From Zygnema circumcarinatum SAG 698-1b (lineage: Eukaryota; Plantae; Zygnematophyceae), in contig CM074810.1 in NCBI GenBank assembly GCA_037447605.1, positions 1,336,880 through 1,400,879 on the forward strand: a stretch of DNA of 64,000 nt, written 5' to 3'. A program made the translations under genes and the position numbers. The stretch's first letter is position 1. Every line of letters starts with the position of its first letter. Shown piece after piece: positions 1 through 12,000 of this stretch. Below the pieces are notes generated by a model that saw only the letters and a program-made list of their open reading frames with translations, did not search any database and was not told the DNA's origin.

Positions 1-3000
1 CGGCCCAAAAGCACCAAGGCTCTCAGTCGATGCGATTGGCTGAGCAGCACTTGGAGCACAATCGGGAGCTGCTCTGGGGGCTTCTTTCGCTCCGAGCCGT
101 GTTCCAGCCACACCTCAAAAGCAGTGAGCTGCTCAGTGAAGAATGGGCTCGGCTGCATCACCAACATCAATAATGAGACATCAATCCGCGACGATTGAAC
201 CGCAAAAAGACCCGAGTTTCGACGATGGACAAAGGAGTGTCCATTTCCAATCGTAAAAAGATGAAAAGCTATATTTGTGACAGTAAACTAGAGCATCGAA
301 ACTCACTCCTCTGCTCAATTTTTAACTGCAAGTAACCGAAAGGGCCAGAATGAAGTCAGAAACTTATATTCAAAAATTGAGGGCCTGACCTGAAACTCCG
401 CATTTGGGTCGGCTAGCATGTCTGGAAGCTGTGACAGACAGATTTCAGCTGCCATATCCCATGCATGCCTGCAGACATGCCACAAATTTCCTGGGTTATA
501 GCCTACACCCCAGAAAACATTCCAGACAGACCAAAACCGACAACAAACAGGCCTTCTGCACAGAGCGCCACTTGATACCTTGATTATAGTAAGGTTGACA
601 AGTTACAAAAAGTTCCTTTGGAATGCCGATATGCTAACTAACAAGCATTCTTCCTTAAGCAAGAACTCGTCAAATCCTGGTGAAAACCACACGCAAATGA
701 GCTTAAGAAGCGACTCTGGGAAAAGCTAACTGCCCTCCATACCACATAGGATGCTGGTGTGTTGGAGGAAGGCGGGGGTGAGACAATGGTGTACAATTAG
801 CAGCTCTCATAATCCGCTCAGCAAGCAAGAAGTTGCGGAATAAACTCGCCACAAGAAGGTCCTGCCTGAAAAGTCTTTGGAACAGCTCTGCAACAAAGGC
901 AAACGACAGGCAGCTCTGACATTGACGAAGGCAAAGGGGTAAAAGGGCAGGGTCTGTCCATGTGATTTAGTACGAAAAACGTACACCTGTAAACAGTACC
1001 GTAGACAATACGGCCAATAACTTTTTTCTAAGCAGTCTATCTGAAGGTCGTCATTAAGATTCGCATGAGTGATCTTCTCAATACAGCTAAACAAGAAAGA
1101 TAGTGAGACTAATCACCACGTGGCAAGACGTTCCATGCAATTGTGTCGGTGATTGCCGTAAATATCCAGTTGAGCTCCCCAAGAGGTGTCTTCCGATCGT
1201 TTTGGCGGCCGGGAATTTTATCAATCAGATCGGCGTCCAGAGTGTCCTTCAGGAGTGACCTTGGGCAAAACCTGCTCAAATCGCGATTGAACCATAGCAT
1301 TAAAGCACGGAAAGCAAGATGAGCTGTTAAATTACAAAATAAAATTTAGTTGAAAATGAAGCTGAGTAGAATTCAGATTACACCATAATCCATAATGACA
1401 ATTGCTATCCTGTGAAGAGTGGACACCAAAAATAGGTCACCTCTTGCAAGATCAATATTTCAAATAGAGGCTTCTAGACGTTCTTATCACAATCTAACAC
1501 CGGATATTAAGAGGTACCATGACTCTCCTCCATATGCCAGCATAGAAGAGTTTAAATTAGAAAGGAAACCATATATAGATTGTAAGATCACGACTGCTGT
1601 GCTAAATCAACAAAACGTATCTAGCTATTCCCTGAATAGGCCATACTCATGTTGTGTTATTGGCTGTTCTCCCAAAATACAAAAACAAAACAAAAAAATA
1701 TAACAACAGAATGGTGTGGGTTTATGCCTCAGTGGGCTCCATTTTCAAAGGCAACGTCTTCTTTCAACGAAAACTACACACTAACGCAGAAATTATTACG
1801 ACATCTTGACATTAATATCTGAAACATCAGGATTAGACGGGTAGAAATGGAGGTCAATCGACCAGTCGTTAAAACTTACCACCTAAGAGCAATTTTGATT
1901 GGAGTTGTTAAGCACGAGGTAAATACATCTGCTGGAAACTCTGCATTCTGTGGTAGAATCTCGTCAGCACCACAAGCAGCTAATAGGATGCAATCCTTTA
2001 ATGAAGGGACTGCGGAGCCGCCATGCACAGACGGGCCTCCCTGACTCCATTCAGGCCTCTGCACATCTGAAACAACAAATGAGATGGTTTTCTTCTGTGA
2101 AATGAATTAGTTCCCACGAATACAATAAGATGACTATTTAAAATGCTGAAGTATGGCAATGACGACTTCAGTGAGAGCACATTGTGTTCTTGACTATTTT
2201 CACCGTAGAAGAGGCCCTAACTGTCATTCAAAATATCGCCCTCTGCAGGCATTCATCTGGAATACTTCAGAATATGCTATTCCAAATCTTGATAGTGGGT
2301 GATCCAATTATATGTTGCAGAAATTGGCAACCCTTCAAGGGCATGATTTCATAGAATAAGTTACCTCGCAAAAAGCATTTACAATCATTCCCGCAGCTGA
2401 GCAATCAAAGACGTAGATCGAAGGCGTCCCCAGCCACGATTCGAGATCATATACAGAGAGGGGAATGTACTGGGTATAACTCTGTTCCCATCGGCAAACA
2501 ACCCCATGAACTAATTGCAGCAACTTTCCAAAGAAGGAGAGAACTCGCCAATCCATGTGATTGAAAACAAGCGCCTCGCGCACTCTATCTTGCTGCTAAT
2601 CCAAACCAGTCATCTGGTACTCTCTTCAAAAACGCGAGTTTAGAGACCCCTTCCATCGTGTGCACCGCTCTACGTAACAGTCTTCATCTGAACAACTCTA
2701 CACCCTCCCTTATGTTCCCTTTTCCTTGAAGCATTTGTCGCCCATCGGTAGGCCATCATCGGTTATACAAACTCCGACTAGAAAAATCAGGAGCTCCCAC
2801 AATTGAAAGGCATAAAGTACTCCACAAAGCAAACACTGTTTCTGCCTGTATGCTTCTTTATCGTCTGGTTTTAGGAGGAGTACCTTATTAAATAACCATA
2901 TTTCACCATTGACCGTGGGCTTCGGCACGCCATGTCCATTGTAATGAAATAATACTCGCTCTGTTTTGGCATTTCTTCTGCAGGAAGTGCAGAGTTTCTT

Positions 3001-4379
3001 CACTTCCTCCATGGTAGGATCAAGTTGCAGCTTATATCGTGCCTGCAATAGGAAACTCCACATCAGGTTATCCTCATTCACATTAACTGGAACAGAGGTG
3101 CCTTGTGTACTGCCAAACAAGCCCCTCACAAATTTAGCGCGCAAACTGCGAGTTTCAGGGAAAGAGAGAAAACACTATTTAAATCTTGATCACTAATCAC
3201 TGTATATAGAATCAGTGCACCTCAGCAACGAAGCACATTATCAAGATATGCAGCCAATGTATGCGCAGTCTAGCGACTCCGAGCAAAACAGTTATTAAGG
3301 ACAGTTATTAAGGCTCAAAGTGCTTTACTTTCGGCTCTGTCTATCAAGCTGCAGCTCAAAAAATTAACTGAACTGCATGGCCACTCTGGAAATATTTAGT
3401 TGATCGGTCTAATGCCTCACAAAATAGGGTACAGTGCTAAAAATGTGTAGACTTCCATTGAAAGGCTTGCCAATTTTTTGAAGGAGAAATACATTTACTA
3501 CAGATAAGAAGGTCTATTGAAGTGCATCGACTTACCCGGGGTTGCCAGCGTTCATACTGGGCTTGCAAGTTCTTTCCAATGGTATCTAGAGCTTTTTGTG
3601 ACTGCATTGAGAGAGGGTCTGCCACAAAGCAAGAAGAAAAAAAAAAAAAAGAAAAAAAAAAGAAATGTGAAAGATTACATGCAGGCTAAACAGTGACCAG
3701 CTTCTAGAAGTAGTCAGGGATAGCGAGGAGAAAAGGGCAGTATAGAAACACTCTGAAAACAGCCTAAAGAACCGCTATTGCATTCAGGAATTACGCTTGG
3801 CTCCCAAGCTTGTAGAGTTTTCCGAGTTATTGATGTGAGGGGCGCTTGGTTTCACGAGCATACCTATCCAGCATTCCGTTCGAGCGCAGGGAGAGATTTT
3901 TATTACGTCGGGAGGATCAACGCCTATGTTAAGACAGAGCACTAATGCTACGCAACCAGTCTTCATCTGCCAGAAAAGCCAGCACAACTTCTCCAATCAG
4001 ATGACTAACCAAACCGTCTTTTGGAGTCGAATAAGACAAGAGGTTTGCAAAACGGTGCAGGGATTTGAGTAAAGGAAACGAAATTTACCCTATCCTTCAT
4101 TCTCCACTTTGAAACCACTCCGACTTCAGACGTATTGCCTGAGCTTGATGCTTGCCCCGAATCGTGCCGCAAATCAGAAAGATATACAAGATTAGGCAAG
4201 TAGGATATGCCGGCTTCCATCCCTGCACGCCCATTGTCCACCTCTCCCCTTCCTGTATGCTCGTCTGCCAGCGAAGACAGCTGGTGCTGAGCCTGTGACC
4301 CCTGCATGCTTTCAAACTCACTCTGAGACTCAGCCAAATCTAGAGAATCTCTCTCCTCGTCTCTCGACACGTTTCCCAT
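1..4379 (-). CDS. RAPTOR: Regulatory-associated protein of TOR (Raptor), N-terminal part; gene continues beyond position 1
   Basis: Exons 4379-4089, 3966-3864, 3618-3536, 3042-2884, 2481-2365, 2058-1880, 1271-1117, 887-743, 468-390, 152-<1; all GT-AG and phase-consistent. RNC-domain motifs: [62 protein letters not shown]. Confidence 0.97.
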
Positions 4380-4665
4380 AGTCACTCCAACCTGCTTCCT
4401 TTATTCACCACCCGGCGCTTAAGGTAAATCCTGCATTCCTCATACGGCCTGCTCCCGCCGCTCACTCCAGAGACAGAGACTAAGTCGAATACAAATAGTG
4501 CAGTGCCTGGTGCAGCATTACAGGGACATTCCCACTCCTCCGGCCGCCTGCTTTCAGTGACGCTCCGCCTCCTCTTTGAGAGCAGAGCTCGCTCGTGCGG
4601 ACCTGCACAGCTCGAGCTGCAAGCAGACGAGCCTTTCCTTGGATGACTTTATCGAAATAAGGGTA

Positions 4666-5218
4666 CCGTAAAACCGAACAGGTTGAGAAAAAAAGAAATT
4701 AAAAATTTTAGCTTCTCAAAAAAAACTCGAGACCAGTTTCTAAAAAAAAACCCTATATTTGAGAAATGAGAAATGAATTCTCATTAATATTTAATATTTT
4801 TTCTTAATCAATTTTATGAAGAACCAACTGAACATTGAACAATTATTTTTTCTTTCGTGTTCAATTTGAGGGTTCCTTGGGTCCACCGATCAACAATGAG
4901 ATTTTAGCTGATCGTAAAGCGCATGGACCCGGATGTCCGTACAGAAATTGTTGTTCTCCTCGCCTGAAGTGTCGTACGGCCAAAGTGGCGCGTGGGTTAA
5001 CCTGATCCCTCAAAGCGCACGAAACCAACGTGGCAAAAAGTGAAATCCGCACCAGCGACCGAACACATTGAACCACTGAACTTTTCTCCTTAAAACTTTT
5101 CTCATTCGAAAAAGTTTCGACCTCGAGTGTTCAAGGTTCAACCCTATTTCAATAAATTTGAGATTCGAGAAATGAACTCAACTCATTTAACAATTTCTCA
5201 ACCAGTTCGGATTTACTT
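4666..5218. mobile_element. Tc1/mariner(pogo)-like MITE, ~550 bp
   Basis: Inverted termini CCGTAAAACCGAACAGGTTGAGAAA (4666-) and TTTCTCAACCAGTTCGGATTTAC (5194-5216); TA on both flanks (4664-65, 5219-20); AT-rich interior with no credible ORF. Confidence 0.6.
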
Positions 5219-5811
5219 TAGCGCTCGAGCTACAGGCGAAGCCGCCTTTCTCTGTATGACTTTATCAAGGTAGGTAGCGCGTCCGTCTCGTTGACTGTAC
5301 TTTCCAACGCTTTCGTACGCGTTCTGTACCGAAACTGTACGAAACATATGAGATTCGTACACTTGCAGTACAAGTCGGTCACCGTACAGAAGTACTGAAC
5401 GGTGTGTGACGTCAGCATTCCGTTGCGACCGTGCATCGTACGGTCGGCGGGAAGCTTTCCCTCGAGCAAATTTTTGGAGGCGCGGGCGAAAGTGGAGCTG
5501 TGCCTCGGCTGCTGCCAGCGCTCGCATGCAGCGATATGCAGGGAACCAGGGATGGCATTTTCTTATTTATTTACTTAATTTATTTATTCTATTGTCATAC
5601 ATTTGAACCCAAAGATTAAATTTGATGGCATCGCCATCGTCAGACCATGCCACATACGTACATTCTTGTGTGTGTAAAATACCGTCTATCCAAGAGGGTG
5701 GCATCGCGTGACCAGCAGCAAGTCCAAGTATTCAGCAGCGACCATCTGATGTTGGAAACAAAGGAGACAGTGGCTGATATTTTGAGTGTGACTAAGCGCT
5801 GTACAAACGAC

Positions 5812-5815
<4 letters not shown>

Positions 5816-5880
<65 letters not shown>
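5816..5880. repeat. (CT)n microsatellite
   Basis: Direct inspection. Confidence 0.98.
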
Positions 5881-5884
<4 letters not shown>

Positions 5885-6788
5885 TATGCGATTGCATCTT
5901 GTGATCAACACATCCAATTGAAGCTCAAAGCCTATGAATAGTGGCCACCCTGCTCTGAAGATGAGTTGACATGCGAGGCGTGCAGTGACTAGCTAGCGAA
6001 GGGCTCAAAGCTCAAAGCTGCCGCCTCCACCTTGCAGCTGAGGCACAAGCCGCCCGAAAGTTCTATGGGAAGATGTAGGCAGAGTGGAGGAGCAGGCGCA
6101 AGTGGGGAATGGAGCAGGAAGTGGGCTGGCTCTGCGAGTAAGTGCCGCAACCTGCGACCTTCTTGGTGGGGTTGAAAAGGAGGGGGTCAAGGGGTGCTGA
6201 TTGCAGGAAGAGCTTCGTTTCTGAATCTCGAAAGGCGGGACTATGCATCAGGCACCTTCGTTAATAGGTGAGTGCAGTGTTTTTTTGGCTCATATGGAAC
6301 AATTGAGGCAGACATAAGGCCTCATTGGTGGGTTTTCTATGGAAGGGTCAGGTTAGCGCACCAGGCCCACTGTCAAAAGCACGAGACAACCTAATGTCGC
6401 AATGTATACATTGGCGGTCGAGTTTGGGAATGTCACCGTGCCAACCGTGGCCAACAAAAGAGGAGGCAATATCATGTGTGCAGGAGATATATGAAAAACA
6501 TCTTAGCACAGGGCGAGAGGAAATTTGCAATGTACACTCAAATTCAGAACTAAGTCTTATCGTATGATACACGCCTTTCATCCTATGACAAACAGAGGCA
6601 CGAACATCTTCCAGTATTGCCTCACGGCCTTCTCGAAACTTTGCACAAAAATCAGTTGCTGCTTACTTGCCCCACTTTGCCCCTCCTCCCTTCTATTCAC
6701 AAATGTATCAGCATCGAAATTGAAGCAGAAACATAACCTCTGCTCCGTTTTGTCAAAGCAGCCGCCAAGGCTCCATCGTTTCATCACT

Positions 6789-9577
6789 TCAACCTTTGTA
6801 GAGCTCACGCGCGATGATGACTCGCATAATTTCATTTGTTCCTTCAAGAATCGTATGTACTCGCAAGTCCCGAACATAGCGCTCAATCTTCACCTCCCGC
6901 CCGCGATCCATATGTTGGTGTGGCAGAGCAGAAAACTTACTGTATGCACGAAATCCAAACTGAAAAGAAGCGCATGCTTCAGAGAAGAGTTCTTTCAAGC
7001 AAGAGGGACGTACCGGATAATCTTTCAAGTAGCCGTACCCTCCAAACAATTGCAGTGCTTGGTTTGCCACATCATAGCATGTATCTGTCACAAATCTGAG
7101 CAAAACAGTCGAGCTTGCTGGAATTTAGGAAGAAGGAAACCAGACAAGCCACCGTCTCCCATGCTCACATGAGCAGAAAGTGCGCCCCACCATTCCAAGG
7201 ACGGAGAAAATCGGATCGCCTGCCAATGAGACATGCATCCATGTATGTGAAAGGACCTACTCACCTCTTGGCCATGGCTGCGCTTGCTGTACTTCCAGGA
7301 GCATTTGCGTCCAAAGCCATGGCTGCATCACGCACCAACAGGCGAGAGGCCACCACTGCTGTAGCCATGTCCGCCAGCCGAAACTTGGTGTTTTGGAAAT
7401 CCGCAATAGCTGATCCAAACTGCACGGGAGAAAATAGTGTTAGCTTTCTGGAAAGCTCTATGTGTTTGTACCCGCATGAAAACAGTGGACAGATGCTAAA
7501 AATCCAGAAATCAAACCTGCTTTCTGTCCTTGACATATTCCAAGGTGCGGTCGATGCAGAATTTGGCTCCTCCTACACTGCAATACACCCACTCTTAAAT
7601 GAGATGAGTGCAAACATTAAACAGATCCTTCCCTGTGCAGAAACCGCCCAACAATCGCAAAAGCTAGCAAATTTTCAGAACAGCTCATAATCACAACTAT
7701 GAGCCAGTGCATAGAAGCTACAGTTCTCGAGAATATCTGGATAGGTCTGCTAGATGCATGTTATCTCCCAACGAGCTGGAGGTGAGTGAAGCTTCAGCTG
7801 CTATTGAACCTGCAAGAGCTGATGTTGATACGTCCCCCATCGAGGCCGGCCATTGCGATACGAAAGCCTTCACCGAGAGGCCCAATGAGGTTTTCAGCTG
7901 GCACATGTACTTCATCAAACTGAACCTGTTAATTCCACACAGATAAAAATAAAAAAGGTTATTTTTCTTCACCTTGTGATTAAACCAACGGAGATCCTAG
8001 GCTGCCCTCTATGCTTCGTTTGCCTTTTGAGTATGAATCCGCTTTTTTTCTGCTGTTCAAGAGTCACTCTGCCAGGTTTCAGAAATAACAGAAAAGACAC
8101 TCTTACCGCCGCAGTTGGCTGGGAGTTCCATCCAAGCTTCTTCTCCTGTTTTCCAAAGGATAGACCCCTAGCCCCCTGCAGACACCTTCCTCCGTTAGAA
8201 CTGCTCCCTTAAATAGTTGCCCAGCATTGGCATTCAGCAACAAGCCGCTTCCTTTCGCAATCACCAAAATACCTGCCTTTTCCACCAAGAAGCAGGAAAT
8301 GCCACGTGGGCCACTACCGCCTGTGCGCGCCATGACCAGGTAAACGTTGCTAACGCCACCGCCGCTGATGAAGGCCTGCCTCAGAATCCAGTTCCCTCAA
8401 ATGTACATCAGAAACAGGTTTCGATGGTTGTACACAAGGTTCAGAGGACCGGGATAGCGCCACACCTTCGCTCCATTCAGGACGTAGTCAGTGCTGCTGG
8501 CAGATGGCCGTGCCGTAGTCTGCCCCAATTTGCCACAGACCGCCCATTTTCCAATACTTAATTTGACTCTGCAAAGACCACCACTACGGCACAGCTGCAG
8601 GAAGGCAAGTTCAGGCTCTTACCTGAAGAGATGCAGCATCTGATCCAGCCCCAGGCTCTGTCAAGCAGTAGGAAGAAAGCATTTCCTGCCCAGAGAAACG
8701 GACGAGTTACGGCGAAGGCCAACTCCAAGCAGCAGCTGCCTGCAGTAATTTCGCAGAGAGTGCACCATACCATGGACGTAAGGTAAGGAAGCCACCTCTG
8801 GCGTTGCTCCTGTGAACCGAATCTGCATCAAATTGTGAACACTAAAAGACTAAGCCTCTTTCCTCCTCCCTGGTAAATAAAAGCATTTAGAATGGTAAGC
8901 GATAAATAATGCAAAATCTTATACCTTTCTATTATAGAGCAGTTCATATTGTGGATGGTAAGGTAGGCTGTCGTGCTCACATCCGCATACGCGAGGGCTT
9001 CAAAAATCACAGCTGCATCTGCACGTCCCAAGCTGCTTGGCTTTCGAACTTGTCATTTGATGAGCATGCAGCATACAAATTCCAGCAAAACGAAGGCCTT
9101 GACAACAGGGAGCATCAGGCAACCGTAGTCAACGGATACATGTAGTAGAATTGAAAACAATGAAAGCTGATACAATATTCAAGGTTCGTAGTATTTCTCA
9201 CCCTGCGCCTCCGACATCATCACCGCAGAATAGGCCACCAAAACCAAGTGCCGCTGCTTTCTGAAGTGTTTCTACCGGAAAAATCTTTTCCTCATCCCAC
9301 CTTGCAGCATGGGGCATTAACTCCTCCGCTGCAAATTTCTGTCCCGCTCAAATGCACATATCAATGTCTTGCAGAGCCAGACAGGCCACCGGCGACTATG
9401 TTTTCTCAAAGGTAAGGCGTCGAGGATGGCAAAACATTGATAGTCTTTAAGATGCGCACCAACCTCAGCAAGACTGCGGAATTCCAGTTGTTGCTCTGTA
9501 AGGCCATGGTGATAGCTTCTGCAGCTCAGATTCTGGAGTCGTCGTGCGCAGCCAACAAGGGCTCTGCCAAGCCTCAT
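6789..9577 (-). CDS. Mitochondrial acyl-CoA dehydrogenase, isobutyryl-CoA dehydrogenase (ACAD8-like)
   Basis: 13 exons: 9577-9464, 9338-9202, 9032-8925, 8822-8771, 8685-8623, 8519-8466, 8375-8277, 8175-8107, 7925-7810, 7577-7517, 7419-7265, 7095-7014, 6887-6789. Motifs [58 protein letters not shown]; Arg-rich presequence. Confidence 0.9.
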
Positions 9578-11065
9578 CCCCTGCACGCAACAAGCGTGTC
9601 TTCAGAAATGATTATTTTTCACTAAGAATTTGGCCACTTGTGTGTATAAACGGCAAAAATTCCGTCAATCTCTCTAACCCCCTTAGTTATGACAGCCTTA
9701 TCAGCAAAGGTCCACGTAAACCTGCTGCAGCGACAATAAATGCCCTGTGGTGTACATAGCATGGCACGCGGTTTATCAGATGTTCGTATGGGATGTCTTG
9801 CAACGAAATTTAGGTTCCAGTCCTGCGAAAAAAACTAGGATGTCTTTTTCAAGTGCTATGTTTGACAAAAAAGGAGCTATATTTTGCTGAGTAATTTGTA
9901 CAAGAACGTATGCGATGTTTCAATGGAACGCTTACAGGCAGACTTTGACGGAGTCTGAAAGATTTAAGGGGGTCTTAAAGCATATGTCACGACGAATGAC
10001 CGAAAATATGCATGAATGCCTCGAAATGCTTTCCAAGACCCAAAATTCGTCGTCCAATTCGAAAAGAGCACATATTCAAACGCCTTGCAAGCAAGTGAAT
10101 GGCGCAAGAAACAGCGAGCCAATTTTGACCGAGCTCTGGGACGGCACTGAAGGCAAAAGTATCTTTGACGAGGGGAAGCTGCGAAGCAAGAGAATGGAGC
10201 GTATTCACCAACATATCTAAAGTGCTGCAGTCCAGCATTTTTTAAAAATCTTTACATGAATTTCACTCTCTGAATATACGCATGTTCTCGCCAGGACAAC
10301 ATAGGTAAACCTATTTTTCAATTTTAAGAGACGCAAGCTTGAATTTGCATTCTGAAAAGAACCCTATGCGCGTTCAGAAGAAGTTCAAATTATAACAGCA
10401 TTGCCTCCACGTTCCCTTCTCTTTCTTCATTTGCAGATAGTGATATGGCAGTAAGCATACTTCGCTTGAACTAGAATGAAAAGCAATAAGCGGCTCGCTG
10501 AAGTCAGTCTTGCAGGACGTTGCTTGCATTCCACCGAAAAGCGGTCAGGCCGAGCTAGATGCAATCAGGTCCCCCGTCTCCAACTGCCAGCTGTACTCAC
10601 CCAACGTCCACTAACCGTTCGACACGTGGCTTCTATGACACGTGGCACCGTGCCATTGGAGGATGCTCGAGGAAAAGTCCTGGTAACAGCTCGCAGTAGG
10701 AGAGGCCCGCCCGAATGAGACAGCCCCGATAAGCAGAGGGTTCTATGTTCCAGTTCGACGGTCGCGCTGTTGGAACTAGACTTCTCAACTGGAAATTCAG
10801 CTGACAGATGTCCAACATAGAACCTCACCAGTCCCTGACCTAATGACGAGCATGTGAGGGCGATGCCCTAATGCAAGACGGGCAGAACCCCGTCGTAACA
10901 AAGAAGCGATTTGGACCGTCGAATGCACGTGTGAAATACTTTGGGAGACGATCGTCCGTCGATCACGCGTGCGACCTGCCTGGGCCCTCGCTCTTGTTCG
11001 CAGCCGTCCTCCATTGGAACCCTTTCCCTCCCACTTCACCTTCCTCGGAGTAGCGTTGGGCCGCC

Positions 11066-12000
11066 ATGGCTGGCATCGCTATCGGGCTCAACAAGGGACA
11101 TGTGGTAACTAAGCGCGAGAAGGTCGCACGGCCCTCGCACCGCAAAGGGGTGAGCGCTTCTTTTCTCTGCTCATCCACAGATTATTTGCTGATATGGTTG
11201 CGGTAATTGCTTGACTGATCAGAATAGGGTTTCAACCTAAGTTGTCCGGAACCTGCAATTAAGAATTGTTTGCTGAATTTGTAAAAATGACTTGTCTGAG
11301 CAAGGGTTAGGGTTAGGGTTTCAACTTCAGTCATTTGAAACTTGTAAGAGACGTTCTTCTCCTGAACTAGTAACTTTTTTGAATTGTTTGACTGAGCACA
11401 TCAGGGTTTTAACCTAAGGTGATAGAAATGGCTGTTTGCTGAACTCGTTGTACTTCGTTAGAATTGCTTGACTGAATACATTATGGCCTCAACTTAAGTG
11501 TTTGAAATCTGTAAGGGACGAGTGGCATAAGCCACACGGTGAATTCGCGCCTTTCTCTGGCTGTATCTTATTTTTCTTTCCGTTTTCCTTTATTTGCTGT
11601 CCTTCTGCAGCATCTGGGCAAGCGTGTGAAGTTCGTGCGTTCGCTTATCCGCGAGGTGGTAGGCTTCGCCCCTTATGAGAAGCGCATCACTGAGTTGCTC
11701 AAGGTCGGAAAGGACAAGCGTGCCCTGAAGCTGGCAAAGAAGAAGTTGGGGACCCACCTACGCGCCAAGCGGAAGCGTGAAGAGATGACAACTGTACTTC
11801 GGAAAATGAGGTACGTGCTTTGTTGAAGTGCGTTGTCGCATCATTAGCCCTTTTACCGATTTCAATTGCTGGTCTTGTGGCGTTCTGGGCTTGTTAAGAG
11901 TCTGAGGCTATTGGGGAGTCCCTGTCAGGGCATAGCTGACCGGCATGATGTGGTGCTTGGGGCTTGCAGGGCGGGAGGAGGTACAGAAAAGAAAAAGTAA
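11066..12000 (+). CDS. RPL36: 60S ribosomal protein L36 (eL36)
   Basis: Exons 11066-11149, 11611-11810, 11970-12000: [16 protein letters not shown]...[31 protein letters not shown]...[10 protein letters not shown]. Confidence 0.97.
11225..11321. promoter_or_regulatory. Telo-boxes (TAGGGTTT) in RPL36 intron 1
   Basis: TAGGGTTT at 11225-11232 and 11314-11321; TGGGCC site-II-like motifs upstream near 10981 and 11057. Telo-box plus site II is a known arrangement in plant ribosomal-protein genes. Confidence 0.55.

Noticed and set aside
11306-11321. GGGTTAGGGTTAGGG as an interstitial telomere
   Set aside because: Only about two repeats; better explained as an extended telo-box.
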